Source: the human T2T-CHM13v2.0 reference genome, Homo sapiens. From it: a stretch of 64,000 nt of DNA. This document shows, in pieces, positions 14,050 through 26,779 of the stretch (the stretch's first letter is position 1; every line of letters begins with the position of its first letter). The DNA lies in NCBI RefSeq assembly GCF_009914755.1, contig NC_060932.1; one strand, written 5' to 3'. The notes under the pieces were generated by a model. That model was given only the letters and a program-made list of their open reading frames with translations. It was not told the origin of the DNA and did no database searches. Both the position numbers and the translations under genes were made by a program.

Positions 14050-14632
14050 CACAAGCTACCACAACCACATTTATCCACTTATATCTATAGCCAAATACTC
14101 TCTCTTACCTCCTGTTACTTTGAATAAAATATGTGCTACAAAGGCCAACCTCCCTCGAGTAAACTAGATTCTCATCCCCTTTTTCTCACTCAGTGATTGT
14201 GTTGTAACAGTTTCTCCTCTCTCAGTCGTTTATCATCAAATTTTCTCTCATATGGATTATTCCAATAAGCACACAAATGGATTCAGAATCAATATCCTAA
14301 AAAGAAGAAAAAAATCATTTTACCGTACATGGCCCTTTAGTTCCTCTTTATTTTCAGGAAAATTCCTTGAAAGAGGTATCTTTTCCTACCGTCTCCACTT
14401 CCTCTACTTATGATCTCAGGCTTTCTCTCTTATTTCACAGCACTGTTCTTGGCAGTTACCTTCTCGATACTGACAAATCCAATTTTCAGTCATCAGTCAT
14501 CTCAACTGATCAATTAGTAGCATTTGACACAGGTGGCCACTTCTTCTATTTTAATATACTCTCCGCACTTGGCTTTTAACACCACTGTCTCTTATTTTCA
14601 CCCCTTATTATTCCTTCTCAGATACTTCACTG
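14050..14632 (+). mobile_element. L2 fragment
   Basis: Pyrimidine-rich sequence with AAATCCAAT...AGCATTTGACACAG...CACTTGGCTT, typical of L2a. Confidence 0.6.
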
Positions 14633-14659
14633 CTTTTTTTTTAACTTTTACCTTATTTA

Positions 14660-14960
14660 TTTTTGTTTTTTAATTGTAAATTGACAAATTTTTGTTGTAT
14701 ATATTTATGGGTTACAAAGCGAGGTTATGATTTCTGAATATAATTGAAATAATTAAATCAAGATAATTTTTAGTAACATATTCATCATTTCAAGCACCAT
14801 TTCTTGTGAGAACATTTGAAATTTACCTCTGAGAAATTTTGAAATGTACAGTACATTACCATTTACTATATTTACCACATTCTGCAGTATAGCTAAAAGG
14901 AAGTAAAACATTCCATCAGTGGATAAATAGCTTTAAAAACACAGTATGTGTGTACATACA
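14660..14960 (-). mobile_element. L1MA 3' end with a short oppositely oriented L1 piece
   Basis: TTGACAAAT...GTATATATTTATGGG...GTGAGAACATTTGAAATTTAC (minus), then CCATCAGTGGATAAAT (plus). Confidence 0.7.
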
Positions 14961-15044
14961 TATAGTATTCCATTGTGTGTGTATGTATATATCTATATAT
15001 ACAAATATAGATACACACACACATATATAAATAGTATTCCATTG

Positions 15045-15048
15045 TGTA

Positions 15049-15113
<65 letters not shown>
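15045..15113. repeat. Compound (TG)n(TA)n microsatellite
   Basis: Directly visible; long pure TA run. Confidence 0.95.
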
Positions 15114-15118
<5 letters not shown>

Positions 15119-16864
15119 TGAGACTCATGAGCCACCACTTAACTTATACTTGACCTATTTGTCTGTCTCTGTCTTCTCCTATGGGCTTAGAAACTGTGTA
15201 AATAGGTATTTGTTTAATTTAAAGATCTATTTCTATTGCTTAGAAGAGTACTTAAGTCATTTGTAGTGGCTCAAAAATATTTGCTAAAGGAATAAATGAG
15301 TCTGCCTTAAGACATGTAATATTTTAAAGGATATATATCACAAATGTAATTTGTAATAAACAGTTTATCCATATCTGCTTATTCTTTAACATTTTTTCTT
15401 CTACTCAGCTATGTGCTGTAATTTACTGGAGATAGCATGTGGTGTGATTGTATCAAAGTAAATACTCTGCTTCTACGGAAGCTCTGTGAACACTTTTGTG
15501 TCTTGTAATTTCTGTAAGATTGTTGTCCTTTCTGTCATAATCGTTGCTCTGAGTTGGAGTGATGATAAGGTACATTAAAGCCATTTCGAGAAAAGGTGTC
15601 TTTTGAGACTAAAATGGAAATGGATTCCTCATTGCACAACAGTATGACATACACTGTTATTTTTCCCTCTAGGCAATATTCTTTACCTATTTCCGACTGA
15701 ATATTTTGAAGTTAGTAAATGAGAGTTCAAATATAAAAGAACAAAAATGGAAAAATGAACATAATTTTCAGTAATTTCTAGCAGTTTTATAACTAGCACC
15801 TGGCATCGTTTGGATACAGGAATATGAAAAATATAAAATACAACTTTTTGTTTTGTAGAAAGAGTCCTAGTATACCTGAAATCTAAAGTAAGAAAGAATT
15901 TAATTCAGTATTACACCTGTAAACCTTTAAGCATCCTGTTCATGGAAGCATTGTCCTTATTTTTAAAATTGATCCGTCACTTCCAGTTTGATTCTGGATA
16001 ACCTAAGCATGTCACTTTTGTATTATTTATGTTTATTCACTTTAAATTTGATATATCCTATTAAATATCTGATACTTACAAAATTTCTTAGTTGCTAATT
16101 AGATGCTATTCTCTGTATGACTCAAAATGTGCAGTGACGTGCTTAGACATGTCTCTCTAATTACCTTTAACAAAGTTAATAGTCCCTGCTGCTTTCTAGT
16201 ATTGGTAATTTTAGAACTGGTGGAAATTAAGAAAACCAACATTATAATATAGTAGGAGAAGAAGAAGAAGAAGATATAGGGACACACCCAAATCTCAAAT
16301 AGAAATTATTTAAATAAAAAGTTATTTAAATAAACAATCCTGTCATAAGTTGGGTTGTTTCCCACATAAGAAATATATTTGCTTCTAAACCAGTAGACTA
16401 ACAAATTTTTGGAGAAATATCTCAATGAACATCGACTTTGCTTTTAAGTAATTAAAAACTAACTAAAACTCGCCCAAAGAGCTTAAATCTAGACACATGA
16501 GATGATTCTGAATATGCTTCAAAGGGCTTACTAATTCACTGGAAATAAAAGGAATTAAGTATAGAAGTTGGGAAGACAGAAACATTACTACCTATTTTAA
16601 TCATAATCTAGAATATGTGAACACTACAACTCTATAGATATAGCAGAGGTCATCTCAAAAGAAAAGAAAAATAATATGAATGCAGATACTTATGGCTCCT
16701 AATTGGTTTAGTGATCTGTTTATATTCTATATTCTACATTTTGGTAATGGATTATGCAAATTGTGAAAGTATAGATCAACACCATATAAAATTGGATTAA
16801 TAGTGGGAAGCCAGGCACTTCTCTTCTATTATTTTACTTTTCACTTCCTTAAAAGAGATATCAT

Positions 16865-16995
16865 TTGCATACCATAAAATTCACCCATTTTAAATGTATC
16901 ATTTTCAATTTCTTTGTGTTGGGAACATTCAATATCCTCCTTCTAGATACTTGAAACTGTATAAGAATATTTTATAGTTAACTACAGGCATAGCT
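16865..16995 (-). mobile_element. L1M 3'-end fragments
   Basis: CATAAAATTCACCCATTTTAAATGTA and TTTGTGTTGGGAACATTCAATATCCTCCTTCTAG. Confidence 0.65.
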
Positions 16996-17048
16996 ACCAG
17001 AGTGACATAGTGGAAATATGCTGGGTTCATAACCCACAGGTCGATAGA
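16996..17048 (+). pseudogene. 3'-truncated initiator tRNA-Met (CAT) retropseudogene
   Basis: ACCAGAGTGACATAGTGGAAATATGCTGGGTTCATAACCCACAGGTCGATAGA aligns without gaps to nt 1-53 of the recalled human tRNA-iMet (41/53 identical; 10 of 12 differences are transitions); CAT anticodon retained. Confidence 0.8.
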
Positions 17049-17410
17049 AAGAGAAATAATTTTAATGATAAAAGCATAAGGAATTAGTAAGCTGAAACAC
17101 ATAACCTTTATATACCTAACAACACCCTCAGTGAAATATATACAGTCAAAACATAAAAAATAAAGAGAATTTGCTAAAAACTATATCAGTAACCTTTATG
17201 TATCTTTCAAACAATTTGAAAGTATATGATTAATCTCTATTACATATACATCATATTTTTCTTGTTTAGAAGGCAAAGTCAATTATGTGTCTTGCTTTAT
17301 TTTAATAAAAGTGAGAATTTTAATAATCAAATGGTAAATGTTTTATTTCTATGAAAATAATATATATTATTCCTTTTTGTTCACAAACAAATATGTCACA
17401 AATAACATTT

Positions 17411-18071
<661 letters not shown>

Positions 18072-18089
18072 CATTTAATTCAGAAAAAC

Positions 18090-18992
18090 GTGCAAACATA
18101 GTACACATGGTCTCCCAGGCCTTGGCACTGCCTAGCTCTGTGTCAGATGTAGGGAGCCACTTCATAGCACAAGAAACCTGCAGCCCACTACTTGTATCAT
18201 GTACATCTTCCAGAAGCCATCAGTCTGACGCTGCATGGGACAGGCTGTCAAATATAGAGTAACCTATCAACTTAATGACAATATTTTTATGATGCCCATA
18301 CTACAGGATGGAATTCACACTAAGAACCAGGGACCATTCAATAATACTATGTCCCCAGTGGGTATATTTTTGGATCTAGAAATCAAGGGGGAAGCAGAAT
18401 GTCTCCACTCATGATCTCCCTCAGAAGGGACCCACCTGGGCTCCACTTGACCTAGGTTCCCACATTTCTACCTCTGGGCTTTGAGTGTTCGGAAGTCCTG
18501 GTCCTGAGGGAGATGCTTCTGCCAGAGCACATTAGGAGCCCCTTGAATTAAAGCTTCAGTTGCCACATAAGCACCTGGACTCTTCATGTCAAAGGTCAGT
18601 GGCCAGTAAGAGTCATTTCCAGCCTGATTCCCCAAAGGAGGTAAACTGCTGTAGCCCAGTGGAGGCATCTGGAATGGGTGTGAGACCACATGTTTCTCTT
18701 GGACACCCCTGGGACCACTTAGCTTCCCAATTCTGACAGTGCTTGTACAAATGTAGTGACCAGCCTGAGGAAGCATGATGACTGAATGCTACTGTGGCCA
18801 AATGAGCCTCTGGAACCAGCAGAGCAGTGAACTGATGGTGAGGGGGATTGGGGTGGTCGTGGAGGAAAGAAACAGGGGCTGAAATTATCCCACTAGCCTT
18901 CTTTTTGTAAGGAAACATTGATTCATGAGAATCCAGGAAGAGCTGCTCCTACAACATATACAAAGAAGTGGATCCAGCCCTGCAAGGTGTAC
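18090..18992 (+). mobile_element. Degenerate ERVL-class internal sequence (ERV3-16A3-like) upstream of LTR16
   Basis: Raised GC, ERVL-like motifs (GAAATCAAGGGGGAAGCAG), and position directly 5' of an LTR16. The family name is inferred from adjacency. Confidence 0.5.
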
Positions 18993-19292
18993 TGTGTTGT
19001 ATACAGTTTTATACCAGTAGGATTTCCCCTTTGTCAGGCTACTACTAACCAGTGACAGTAGCCTTTACTGCCAGTCCTTTTGGGGGACTTTGCTGAAGTG
19101 ATCACATCTTTCTGGGGAGTGGACTACATCTAATGACTCAATGTAAGTTTTATAATCCCAGCCCTTTTGTCTAAACTCAGGACAACTCTGAAGGGCATCC
19201 TAGCTTCAAAACTCCTTGCAGGGTAGTGCAAGCCTCCCTTGCCCAATCTGCTATCTTCCCTTCTCTTCTGCAGGGTTGATCCCAAGAGCACT
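18993..19292 (+). mobile_element. LTR16-family LTR, 3'-truncated
   Basis: GGACAACTCTGAAGGGCATCCTAGCT...GCCCAATCTGC...GTTGATCCCAAGAGCACT; stops just before the expected AATAAA. Confidence 0.8.
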
Positions 19293-19428
19293 TCAGGAGG
19301 CTGAGGCAGGAGAATGGTGTGAATCCAGGAGGCAGAGCTTGCAGTGAATGGAGATGCGCCACTGCACTCCAGCCTGGGCGACAGAGCGAGACTCCACCTC
19401 AAAAAACAAAAACAAAAACAAAAACAAA
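19293..19428 (+). mobile_element. AluY-like partial right arm with (AAAAAC)n tail
   Basis: CAGGAGGCTGAGGCAGGAGAATGGTGTGAA...GAGCTTGCAGTGA...GAGACTCCACCTC followed by the tail. Confidence 0.92.
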
Positions 19429-19429
19429 G

Positions 19430-19965
19430 CCTATGGAATTTTGTTCATTTTTGCAATGAATTTATAAATCTATGAAGAGATAACTGACTTCTTAACATTA
19501 TTGAATCTTATAATTTATTAACATGTTATATATGTCTTCATTCAGTTAGATCACCATTAGTTTCTCTCAACAAGAGTATTTTAGTTTTCAGTTTATAGGT
19601 CTTCAATGTTTCACTAAAATTTCCCTTAAATGTGCTATGCTTTTAGATGCTAAAATATGTGGTATTAAAATGATCATAAGTAGGATTTAATTAATTTGAA
19701 TTTCTAATTTTTCATTAGTAGCATATTAAAATTAAATTGACGTTTGCTTACTTATGATCTTACTAAATTCACTTTTTATTTCTAGTAACTTTTGGTAAGA
19801 TTATTCAGAATATTCTGAATAAGCAAACATATATGTGAATATAGAACATTTACTTCTTCTTTTTTAACGTGTATGAGTGTTTTTTTCCCTTCCCTTAAAA
19901 CAATGGCTAGGACTCCTAGTATAATGTAGGATAGAAGTCGTAAGAATAGAAGTTTTTACATTTTC
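19430..19965 (-). mobile_element. Ancient L1ME/L1M ORF2 fragment
   Basis: Degenerate L1 antisense motifs (ACATTATTGAATCTT, CTTACTAAATTCACTT, GGCTAGGACTCCTAGTATAATG). Confidence 0.65.
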
Positions 19966-20510
19966 TATCACGACACCTTCAAATTCATTGATCTTTTATT
20001 TTGCTGTGTTTAATTTACTTGTTATTATAACATGCATTTTTGGAATTTCAATTATTGTATTTTGTAACCCCAGTGTGTTATACAAGGATCACCTATATAT
20101 ACATGTGTGTTTATATATAGTTTTGAGATTCTTATTTACTAATTCCATCATCTCTATCCTTTGTGGCTCTATTGTTTAAGCTTCGTTTTGACTCTATCCA
20201 GAGACTTATAATATGAGATCTCTTCGTTGCAGGTAGAGTGATCATGATGCATTTCCCATCCTTTGTGAGATCTTGAAAAACAAATTCTATTTTTACTAGC
20301 TTCAGATAATTTCCTCTCATCCATCCACAAATCAATAATCAGCCAAACATGTACACTCTCTTTCTCTCTACGTGCAACTTCTCTTCTCCCATATTATGAA
20401 TTATAAATTCTTTCTGCCCTGACTTTCCCACGATCTAATCTTTATTTCCCCTATCCCATGCTCTGTAGCCTGGAAAATGACACCCAGTGAATAAACAATG
20501 ACATTGTTAG

Positions 20511-21751
20511 TGTCACAGGATCCTCTGCGTGTCAGTTTGCTAGCCAGAAACCTCTGTGGCCAGTAACGCCTCTGCTTGAGTTTTAGTTGTGCCTGCTGGT
20601 CTTATTCTGCCTACTTGGCATGGCAGGCTGCGGTTGGATTGTGCTACCAGCCTGAATCCCACACCTGCCGAGGGCAAGCCAGGCGGGGAGTGGTGAGGTA
20701 TGTGGGAATGAGTGAGTCCAGGGTCCAGCCACTTTGCACAGCTAGGTGCCCTGGCTGCTGCAGCAAAGCAGGCAGCTCCAGGAGCCAGCACAGGCCCTGG
20801 CTTCTTGCAAGGCTGTGGCTACACCGGGCATACTGTAAGCAGCTCTCACTGCAGGCACCAGGGTCTGGACAAGGAGAACGCAGTGGCACGTGAAAACTTG
20901 AAGATGCCAGCAACTGCAGAGGCACAAGGTGTAGGGCAGTGTGCTACAGCTCTCTCATTCTTGCCGCCCACAGCTTGGCAAATGGGTGGTGGGTGCGTTT
21001 GAGCTCATTTAGTCCCACCCTTTCGACCCAGCCTGCAGCCCCTGGGCTGGCCCAGCTCCACTGCAACTTCCCTCATATGGGGCAGCTGCCTGATGCCGGC
21101 AGAGGGAGGGAGGGCTGTAGTGTTACAGCTAGGGCTCAGGGAATCCAGAGGTCTGGGACCCCAGAAGAGTCACCGTTCTTCACTCCTGCCATCCAGCAAA
21201 CAGAAGTGTGTCACTGCCCGCAGCTTGGTGAGCAGGCCAGGAACATGTTACAAGCCTTTTTGATCCTGCCCACAGCTTGGCAAGCCAGCCAGGAACATGT
21301 TACAGCCCTTTTCATACCCACTGTTCAGCAAGTCCTGAGTTCTTGTACTGTGTCCAGGAAGAATGAGGTTACATGGACAACAGGAGGGGCTGAGCAACAG
21401 TGGGGAGCAAAGAGAAAAGTTTTATTGAGGAACAGAACAGTGTTCAGAGGAAAGGAGACCTGATATGGGTAGCTCCTACCTGCAGGCAGGTAGTTCTGAG
21501 TGTGGCTGAGTCTTTGGTTTTTATGGGCAAGAATGGAGGACATGCATGCTGATTGATCCATAGATGGGCCTGGAAAAAGCACCATTTGATGACTGAAAGG
21601 CATCAAGCAAGTTCTCACACCAGGTCATGGATTCTACCCAGAACTGGCAGCCTGGTTTTCAGACTTCAGACTGTCTTTGTCTCAAAGGTCAGGTTTCACT
21701 GGAGACCCACCCCTATCTTCCTAGGAATTTTTCTGGCTCCTGCTGTTATCA
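20511..21751 (-). mobile_element. ERV1 solo LTR, MER52/LTR27 group
   Basis: TG...CA termini, 4-bp TSD TTAG/CTAG, minus-strand AATAAA near 21421, terminus TGTCACAGGATCC...AGAAACCTCTGTGGCC. Confidence 0.85.
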
Positions 21752-21770
21752 CTAGGACTTACCTCATTTA

Positions 21771-22244
<474 letters not shown>

Positions 22245-22757
22245 TTAGACTTATTGATTCATTGTGCTTAGTTTTAAAAGCAGCTTTGAATTGCTATAAT
22301 ATTAAAGTTTATATAAGTATTTATCATTTTGTCAAAAACATTTTTATACCAGATGAGTAACACAAAATTATCAAAAATCAAGTACAGGCTCAGAGTGTAC
22401 TGCCTGTCCTCTGTCATTCTTTCCACCCCATATTGGGCTTTAATTTAAAGCAGACAATTGCATATGCACATATTGTGCTGATATGCCAATGATTTTCAAG
22501 GGAATTACCAATTTCAAATGTTGGGAGTCTGAATTTCAGATATTGTTTTCATACCTTTTGGATTGATTCATTGTAATCATAAAGGCATATAAACATCTTC
22601 ACATCTACACATGTTAATATAGACTGTTTCATATCTTCCTATGTTTTATATGGCTGTTTGGATTTCTGGTTAAATTTATATAGATTTTCAGTAATTTTTG
22701 ATTCACAAAATAAAAATGTAATTATTATGTGTCAGCTGCCTTGTTTTTTGTCTACTG

Positions 22758-22819
22758 TTCTAATTAGAATTGATCTCAATATCTCACATTCTAAATAGAA
22801 TTGATCTCAACATCTCACA
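22758..22819. repeat. 31-bp tandem duplication (2 copies, 2 mismatches)
   Basis: TTCTAATTAGAATTGATCTCAATATCTCACA / TTCTAAATAGAATTGATCTCAACATCTCACA. Confidence 0.9.
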
Positions 22820-23179
22820 CTACTTCTTATTTTACTCTGCATCCAAATGAACAATCAATAGAAACCATTCTACAAATATTTTATTGTAAATATAGAGAAT
22901 GGTTACCTGAAAAGATAGATTAATTCAAATATTACTAAACAAACTACAACATGAAACACTTTAAAAATAACACACCTAGTGTTTTATTCTGCAGAAATGT
23001 TTTCTGCAGAGCATCAGTCTGGGAATGCTGATTAAGTAAAAATTCCATAAACTCACTGTTTGCATTAGATGCAAAATGAGTAAAAATTCTCAAAATTAAA
23101 GCAGGTTAAAACTGAAAATATCTTATAATAAGTACCTATAATTTTAAAAAATGTATTTCTTAACTTCTGATTATGGGGA

Positions 23180-23385
23180 ATAGATCAGTGTTATTCAGAG
23201 GTTGTAGGGTAAGCAGTTGACTAGAAAAGACAACATGACAGGATTATTTGGGGTATACAGTAGTTCTGCATTATGTTTCTGATGGTGGTAGCATAGCTTT
23301 ATCTGCATTTCTCTGGACTTAAAGAACTGTATTCTAAAAATAGTAAATTTCATAGTTTATAAGTTATAAATACATAAATAAATGT
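23180..23385 (+). mobile_element. L1ME/MC 3' end fragment
   Basis: AGATCAGTG...TTGACT...TGATGGTGGTAG...AGAACTGT degenerate 3' UTR. Confidence 0.55.
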
Positions 23386-23425
23386 GATTTTTTTTTTTTT
23401 TAGAAAAAAATACTTTCTTTGGATT

Positions 23426-23789
23426 TGATAGTTTTAGCTGTGCCCCCATCCAAAATCTCCTCTTGAATTGTAATCCCCATAATCTCCACATGTCTATAGT
23501 GGGACCAAATGGAGGTAATTGAATCACGGGAGCAGTTTCCCTGATGCTGTTTTTGTGATGTGAATCTCATGAGATTTGAGGGTTTTATAAGCGTCTCATT
23601 TCCCCTGCTTGCACTCACTCCATCCTGCCCTGTGAAGAAGGTTCCTGCTTCTTCTTCACCTTCTGCCATGATTGTAAGTTTCCTGAGGTCTCCCCAGCAA
23701 TGCAGAACTGTGGGTCAATTAAACCTCTTCCTTTAGGAATTACCCAGTATGGGTATTTCTTCATAGCAGTGTGAGACTGGACTAATACA
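23426..23789 (+). mobile_element. THE1C/D MaLR solo LTR
   Basis: TGATAGTTTTAGCTGTG...CCATGATTGTAAGTTTCCTGAGG...CAATTAAACCTCTT...GGACTAATACA. Confidence 0.92.
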
Positions 23790-24739
23790 GATTGCATTTA
23801 GTTACAGGAGTGAAGGCATAGCTATTTTAAAGTCTCACATAACCCACCAGATATATTCCGCATGAACAGGAAGGACAATGTTATAGTGTTTAGAGTTTTC
23901 TTGCATATAAAATAGCCTGAAGATATTGGGGGGGAAATAGTGATTATTTCCTATATGCATAATATTACTTAGCTAAAGGAAGCATGTAAATCTCTGTCTG
24001 TTTTTTACCTCAAGTATATGTTCTCATATTTGGAAAACAAGTGGGGGGTAGACAAAGGCTAAATTATTAGTATTTTATTTGTGTAGCAGCATTAAAAGAA
24101 ATGCTATTAGTTTAAATTAAAGCACAGCAAGGCACTTCTGCATAATTCAACAAACAATTTAACAAACTCCAGCCTCCTCATTACTGCTTCCTAAATAGCC
24201 AGGCAGCTTGAGGACAATGAGAAAAATATTCTATAATGAAGGGTGATCGTAAGAGGGCAGAGGTGAAAATCCAGGAAAGCTTGCTTTCTAGAAAACAGAT
24301 GGGAAGATGCAACCAAACGCCTAATTCTCATGACAGACTTTAAGTGCTGTAATTATAGAATAAAATGCAAAAACGTATTTTGTAAGAGGAATTTAATTAA
24401 AAGAAAAGTCTTTCTGAATTCTTTTATTTTCATTTGTGTTCTTTGTTAATGTTTGAAGCAAGCAAAATAACCACAGAAAGGTGGTGTTTAGGTAATACAA
24501 ACAATGAACACATAGGTCACTTATAAAAATCTGCTGCCAGAGCCATACTTGTAACAATCACACAGAAACCAATTTTTTATGCAGCAGAAGACCTAGTAAA
24601 CACATTGTTTATTCAGATGTCCTTATTCCTGTATAAGACATGTTTGCCCTCTGAACTTTTACAGTAAACTGAATTGGCCAGAAAAACTGGATGTGCACCT
24701 TTTCTCTCTCCTAAATGTCTACCTGTACTACAAAGCATT

Positions 24740-25215
24740 CAAATAATAATAACTACCATTTATGTGAGATGTTTACATTTATTTCTCCAATTCTCATCAC
24801 ATCAGATTTGCATATGAGAAAAATGGGAATACCGAATGGGAATCATTTATATAGGATCCAAATTTAGTGAAAGATATAATAGATTTTCATACTCAGATTC
24901 ATCTGACATTAAAGTCTGTGCTCTCTAATTTATTGATAAATTTCTTAAATAAATATTTATTGAATACCCTCCATGGTCCAGGAATTCTATAACAGGGATC
25001 CAAACAGACACAGTCTCTGTCCTTATTTACAACCAATTAGGGAAAAATAAAATAAAGATTAACCAAGTATTTATACAAATCATTTTATTATTACATTTGT
25101 GATTGCTGACATAAAGGAGAAATGAACCACTGTTCATTTTTGATGTATTGCAGAGGGTGATAAACAACTTGGTGACAGTGTGTAGGCTGGAGTTATCCAG
25201 ACAAATGTCATTTAA
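24740..25215 (-). mobile_element. MIR and L2 fragments
   Basis: ATAACTACCATTTATG...AACTCAG-like MIR core; AAATATTTATTGAATACC...CACAGTCTCTGTCCT L2 end. Confidence 0.5.
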
Positions 25216-25717
25216 AATATATAAAATTATAGTATTCCAGACAGTAACAACATAAATTGTAAACTGATTTACGGAAATGCTACATTATATGAAATATAAA
25301 AGTGAACTATTTTGCAAGATCAGGTTTTCATTTTAAAAGCACAGACAGTACACTTTTTTGTATTACCCATCACTACACTGATGATTGCTATGGAAGTCTT
25401 TTCTCAAAGCCTTTTTCAAACTTGCTACCAATGTAATTTAAGGTACCAATCAATAAATGTTCATACTCCATTACACTGATTGAATTGACAAATATAAATA
25501 TAAGGTAAGGAGCTAAGCAATTTAGTCCAAAGGTCAACTTATGTTTGAAGGTCTAGGTGAAATGCCATCACCTCTTTCATGCCTTGCTTAACACTTTCCA
25601 CTAATGGCAGAATTAATCTCTTCCATTTGATTGTTCCAATATATCTTAGTAAGCTATTCTTTCAATGATGTTGTGAAACAAATTACTCCCACACACTACA
25701 GCTTTTAACAATATGTA

Positions 25718-26026
25718 CTACTGGCCCTCTGTATCTGCAGGTTTCACATCCATGGTTTCAGCCAACTGCAAATAAAATATATTTCAAAAATAAAAAATAA
25801 TATAAAATTTGAAAACAATATATTATAATGACTATTTACATAGCATTTACACTGTGAAGGGTATTATAAGTAATCTAGAGATAATTTAAAGTGTTTAACA
25901 GAATGTGCATATGTTATATGCAAATACTATGCCATTTTTATATAGGGACTTGAGCATCTGAGGATTTTGGACTCTTGAGCATGGAAGGGTTGGAACCAAT
26001 TCCCTGCAGATACCAAGGGACAACTC
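25718..26026 (-). mobile_element. MER2 (TcMar-Tigger MITE)
   Basis: Degenerate TIRs flanked by TA; internal TATTATAAGTAATCTAGAG...TTATATGCAAATACTATGCCATTTT...GGGACTTGAGCATC. Confidence 0.9.
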
Positions 26027-26779
26027 TATTTATTTTTCCTTCATGACTCTGTTGGTTAGTACTCTGATGGGCTTGCCTGAACTCCAGACTGTGGATCTAA
26101 TTTAATTCCTCTTAACTATTCCCACACTGTCCTCAGGTCAACAGCAATCTGAGACACACTCTTCTCATGGCAGATTATGGGACCATAAAGCAGGTAAGTA
26201 GTTAAGTTTTTGGCTCAGAACTAATAGACTGATATTTCTTTCTACATTTCTTTCACCAAAATAAGTCATGGCTAAGAGCAACATTAATAGTGCAAGGAAA
26301 TATTCTACCCATCTTCTGCCACAAGGTAGGAGGAATTGAACAGCGGAAAACAATAACCCAAGCTAACACACCAGGACATTTAATATGTATAGCTTTCATT
26401 ATAATATATTCAAATATATATTAAATAATTGTGAATATTTGCTTCTCCTGGTTTAACAAAAGGTATGCCAAAATTCACTTATTCTGACATCATGGACTCT
26501 ATTGCAGAAAATTTAATTAAATAAAATAATAATTAGATAAATATTTTAATTCATCGTTTTGTTTAAAGGATATTTAATTAATAGTCCATAAATAAAACAG
26601 TTCTAAATTAAAACACAAGAAACAGTTCAAAAATTATAAATCAACTCTATCGAGAATATTGTAGAAGATTCTCTGTATGCCCAACTCATAACATTTTTTT
26701 CAGTGCCAAGTCAGCCAATATCCCCATTTTTGTCATATTTATACTATTGTTTTAGTTTAGAGTTAAGAACCTATGGATT

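Noticed and set aside
16996-17070. Functional tRNA gene
   Set aside because: Lacks the 3' half of the T arm and the acceptor stem, and has 12 substitutions; reported as a pseudogene.
20540-21618. Cluster of overlapping 80-174 aa ORFs
   Set aside because: All lie in a GC-rich MER52/LTR27-type LTR where stop codons are rare; no recognisable domain.
24050-24620. Repeat-free stretch with several TAAT/ATTA motifs, possible enhancer
   Set aside because: Such motifs are expected at this AT content, and conservation cannot be assessed without alignments.
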